40,733 bases of DNA from Candidatus Hermodarchaeota archaeon (GTDB lineage: Archaea; Asgardarchaeota; Lokiarchaeia; Sigyniarchaeales; SOKP01): contig JBHLLG010000024.1 in NCBI GenBank assembly GCA_048885925.1, positions 1 to 40,733 of the forward strand. Direction: 5' to 3'. The notes beneath the pieces were generated by a model that was not told the DNA's origin, searched no databases, and saw only the letters and a list, made by a program, of their open reading frames with translations. This document shows, piece by piece, positions 37,628 to 40,733 of the stretch. Each line of letters starts with the position of its first letter. The first letter of the stretch is position 1. The position numbers and the translations under genes were made by a program.

Positions 37628-38164
37628 TTGATTTTAATGACGACCAGTAAAGAAAGAGAACCGAATATCTTTAATAACCTTAAAATTGAGTCAGAAATCA
37701 TTATTAGAAGATGCAACTTAGAGGACTTAGAAAAGGTAATTGAAGTAAATGAAAAAGAATTACCAGAAGATTATCCATATTTTTTCTATAAAAGCATACT
37801 TGATGATTTTCCAGAATCTTTTTTAGTTGCTCAGAATAAAAATAATGAAATTGTTGGTTACATTATGTGGAGGGTCGAAAAAGCACCCTCTGTTAATAGT
37901 CTTAAATATATTAATAAAGGACATCTTGTATCAATTGCTGTATCTGAAGGTTATAGAAGAAAAGGAGTGGCTCAAACCTTATTATTAAATAGTATGACAG
38001 CTATAAAAAAGTACAAAATTAAAGAATATGTACTAGAAGTTCGAGTTTCTAATTACACTGCGATTAAACTTTATGAAAAATTTAATTTCAATATTGAGGG
38101 AATTAAAAAAAATTATTATCGAGATGGCGAAAATGCTTATTTTATGGCTTTAAAAGTTGAATAA
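37628..38164 (+). CDS. N-terminal acetyltransferase Ard1/RimI (GNAT)
   Basis: LPEDY, GHLVSIAV...YRRKG, LEVRVSN..AI.LY and YYRDGENA motifs. The start may be the ATG at 37637. Confidence 0.92.
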   Translation: MILMTTSKEREPNIFNNLKIESEIIIRRCNLEDLEKVIEVNEKELPEDYPYFFYKSILDDFPESFLVAQNKNNEIVGYIMWRVEKAPSVNSLKYINKGHLVSIAVSEGYRRKGVAQTLLLNSMTAIKKYKIKEYVLEVRVSNYTAIKLYEKFNFNIEGIKKNYYRDGENAYFMALKVE

Positions 38165-38166
38165 AG

Positions 38167-39174
38167 TTAATTTGCCGAACGTTCTAGACCCAATATAAGA
38201 TAAGTTAGAATATTGTTAACTGGGACTTTAATTCCTAAATCTGTAGCATATTTTAAGATTCTTCCATTTAAAAAATTTATCTCTGTTAATTGATTATTTA
38301 AAATATCTTGCAACATTGAATTTTTATTTTCTGCAGTCTTTCTTGCTACATCATAGGTTATTGAAATATAATCTCTTTTAGGAAGTTCGATTTTTTTCAT
38401 TTCTGCAACTTCAATAGCTTCTTTAATAGCTTTTCCCATGATCTCCTTTAATCCTTCAATTTCAAGTAGCATTCCATTAGGTAAACGTGTTAAAGCGCCA
38501 ATTGCATTGATTCCAATATTAACAAAAGCTTTCTCCCAACATTCCTTAATAATATCTTTAACTATAATAGTTTCAAAACCGGAAAGTGATAAAATTTCTC
38601 TAAGTAAATTAAGATCTAACTCGGCTTGTTTAAATTCTTGCGATTCTGAACTAAATTCATTAATGAATGGGAATCCAATCTTAGTTTTTCCTTCGCCCGT
38701 ATGAAATACACAGCCTGGCTCATCTAAAAATGCTCCATTTGAAGTCAATGCTCTAATGATTTTTGATTTATCACAATAATTAACCACTTTGTCTTCGTTT
38801 CCAATCCCATTTTGTAAGATCACTAATCTCTTACTTTGATTAACTAATTCTTTATATTGGAGCAATGCGGACTTAATATCATATGCCTTAGTTGTAAGAA
38901 AAATAAAATCAAATATAAAAGGCGAATCCCTTCTTAATTTCACATCAAAGGATTTTTCATTCTCAAACGCTTTAATTTTATTAATAACTCTGATCTTTTG
39001 ATTTCTGACAATTTTTAACCCTTTCTTATTAATTACATCCGCGTGTGATTTCATACAAAAAAGAGTTACTTCGATCGAATATTTTCTGCTTCTTATATCC
39101 GCTAAATAACCTCCAAATAAACTTCCTATAGATCCTGCTCCAATAAATCCAATTTTTATATGCTGATTACTCAA
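38167..39174 (-). CDS. panE: Ketopantoate reductase
   Basis: GAGSIG, TKAYD, LQNGIG, WEK...N..IN, NSMLQD and TEI..LNG motifs. Confidence 0.93.
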   Translation of the reverse strand: MSNQHIKIGFIGAGSIGSLFGGYLADIRSRKYSIEVTLFCMKSHADVINKKGLKIVRNQKIRVINKIKAFENEKSFDVKLRRDSPFIFDFIFLTTKAYDIKSALLQYKELVNQSKRLVILQNGIGNEDKVVNYCDKSKIIRALTSNGAFLDEPGCVFHTGEGKTKIGFPFINEFSSESQEFKQAELDLNLLREILSLSGFETIIVKDIIKECWEKAFVNIGINAIGALTRLPNGMLLEIEGLKEIMGKAIKEAIEVAEMKKIELPKRDYISITYDVARKTAENKNSMLQDILNNQLTEINFLNGRILKYATDLGIKVPVNNILTYLILGLERSAN

Positions 39175-39196
39175 AATAAAACTGATCTCAGATCTT

Positions 39197-40069
39197 TTAT
39201 TTTAAAAATTTATCTAATCCTACTTGACCCTTTGATAATTCTCCCGATTTTTTCTTAATTTTTAAAATACTTACATCCTCTGGTAAATTTTTAGGTTGAA
39301 TCTCTAACTCTTTCATTAACATCAAAGAATTCTTTGCTGCGTAACCTGAAAAATGATTATTAAAGTAAATACCCACCATATTTGACTTTTGAATTACCTC
39401 CCTAATTGAAGGAACCCACCCTTTTATTTCCTCTTCAGTAAAAAAATAATCAAACCAAATTTTCTTACCAAATCCATGAAACCTGATATATGCAAAATTT
39501 GAATTTGTAACATCCATCCTTGGAGGTAAAAGAGGTTCAATAACAGCGCAATATGTCAGAGATTTACTTTTTAGATAAGAAAATACCTCATCATCCATCC
39601 ATGATTTATCTCTGAACTCAACTACTATATTATAGTGACCTTCATTAGAATCCCTTGGCCAATTGTCAATAAATTCCTTTAGATTACTAAAATGTTCTTC
39701 TTTTTTAAAATAAGGTGGTAACTGAATTAAAAATGCTAATATTTTTCTCGCTTCAATAATAGGCTCCATTGCTTTTAAAAAGAAGTCTAAATCATCCAAA
39801 CAATAATTAACATCTAATTTATTCTCATGGGTGATTGATTGAGGGAGTTTAATTGAAAAAAGAAAATTGTTTGGCGTTTTATCAACCCAATTTTGTACTA
39901 TCCATTTACCAGGGATATTATAGAAGGTTGTATTTATCTCACTTGTATAAAAAATTTCTGAATAATAAACTAAATAATCTTCTTTCTTTAATCCTTTAGG
40001 ATAAAAAGGTCCAACCCACTCGTCATAGCCCCACCCTGATGTTCCTATTAAAACTCTACTATCTGTCAT
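39197..40069 (-). CDS. DUF72 family protein
   Basis: IGTSGW.Y..W.GPFYP, EINTTFY, QLPP, EFR..SW, YIRFHG and YFNNH motifs; SD-like GGAGTG upstream. Confidence 0.93.
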   Translation of the reverse strand: MTDSRVLIGTSGWGYDEWVGPFYPKGLKKEDYLVYYSEIFYTSEINTTFYNIPGKWIVQNWVDKTPNNFLFSIKLPQSITHENKLDVNYCLDDLDFFLKAMEPIIEARKILAFLIQLPPYFKKEEHFSNLKEFIDNWPRDSNEGHYNIVVEFRDKSWMDDEVFSYLKSKSLTYCAVIEPLLPPRMDVTNSNFAYIRFHGFGKKIWFDYFFTEEEIKGWVPSIREVIQKSNMVGIYFNNHFSGYAAKNSLMLMKELEIQPKNLPEDVSILKIKKKSGELSKGQVGLDKFLK

Positions 40070-40682
40070 TCACTCCTAGCCTAACTTTGCTTTCTCACTA
40101 TCCCTCAAAGATAATATATGCATATGAATAATAATTTAAGGTATTCATAATTAAACTATAAAAGTTACTATAATTTCTAAATTATATCCCTAGATACCTC
40201 CTTTCCCCTTCAATTATACCAGTTATTTCCATGATAATAAATAACTGTAAATCATACCATTTCCTTTTAAAAATTTATTTAATAAGACCATAAAATTTTT
40301 AATCAAGCATTTACTCTAATATTTCGCCGATAGTAACTTTACTATCGACAATTATTGGTGAGAAAATATCTCATCCTGCATGGATGATATACACCTTTAA
40401 TTGGCAATGCTACGTGGAAGTACATCACATAATGCAAAACATGCGAGAATTTGATGACAGAGATACCATCTTATAAAATACACAATAATACTTCGCATGG
40501 AGTGCCTTATGAATGAGATGATACGGGAAGCGATAAGCTACGCCAAGCATGAAAATCATGCTCATAAGAACATACTTCTGATATAATACAAGTCTTTTTT
40601 ATTTCGTCTCAAATCGTCATTTATGATATTGAGTGATCAAAAATCTACTCAATTTTTTTACCGTCTCCGAATACGCAAACCC

Positions 40683-40733
40683 TTATGCAAGCAATCTGAA
40701 TCTTTCCTCAATTAAACGCCAATACGCCTCCGC
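40683..40733 (-). CDS. Possible 3' end of a gene entering from beyond the window
   Basis: Open frame from the window edge: ...AEAYWRLIEERFRLLA*. Only 16 codons are visible and the codon usage is GC-richer than the rest of the window. Confidence 0.35.
   Translation of the reverse strand, partial: AEAYWRLIEERFRLLA

Noticed and set aside
1588-38704. Antisense or overlapping ORFs in the track (1588, 3694, 4411, 5447, 8251, 9803, 10657, 11020, 11377, 13007, 15457, 16112, 17669, 18462, 19792, 22730, 24255, 25767, 26079, 29520, 30793, 37131, 38438)
   Set aside because: They shadow well-supported genes on the other strand, have no motifs, and show the composition expected of antisense frames.
40220-40247. 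28-bp inverted repeat CAGTTATTT-N10-AAATAACTG as a Xer dif site
   Set aside because: It lacks the inner TAA-N6-TTA core of dif sites. It could be an operator or chance in AT-rich DNA.
40702-40709. GAGGAAAG on the minus strand as the RNase P RNA P4 motif
   Set aside because: It continues ATTC rather than TCC, and no matching 3' P4 strand was found.
1-40733. CRISPR array or rRNA genes
   Set aside because: No regularly spaced repeats or rRNA signature sequences were found by eye.

Overview
AT-rich archaeal chromosome segment, most likely Asgard/Lokiarchaeia. That assignment is inferred from a Loki-type profilin, a Rab-like small GTPase, a tandem Roadblock protein and a RING-like protein set among core archaeal genes. 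Most of the window is housekeeping: thermosome, Tsr3, RPA subunits, TFB, RpoP, FtsZ, an aIF2beta-DUF424-Nmd3-Rio1-Pno1 operon, aRF1, Get3/ArsA, NcsA, archaeal CoA genes and MfnB. The main signal outside the ORF track is the tRNAs. All six carry introns with bulge-helix-bulge (BHB) type junctions: nine introns in total, seven at non-canonical positions. They include a three-intron tRNA-Asn(GTT) and a two-intron tRNA-Leu(CAA) whose anticodon sits on a 5-nt exon. Two real genes are missing from the ORF track: rpoP, and an aIF1/SUI1 gene with no in-frame ATG/GTG/TTG start (candidate ATT start or +1 frameshift, possibly autoregulatory, possibly a sequencing error). tRNA-Glu has C33 instead of U33. 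The last ~410 bp are GC-shifted, hairpin-rich and unexplained. No CRISPR array or rRNA was seen. All calls come from motif recognition by eye, without database searches.
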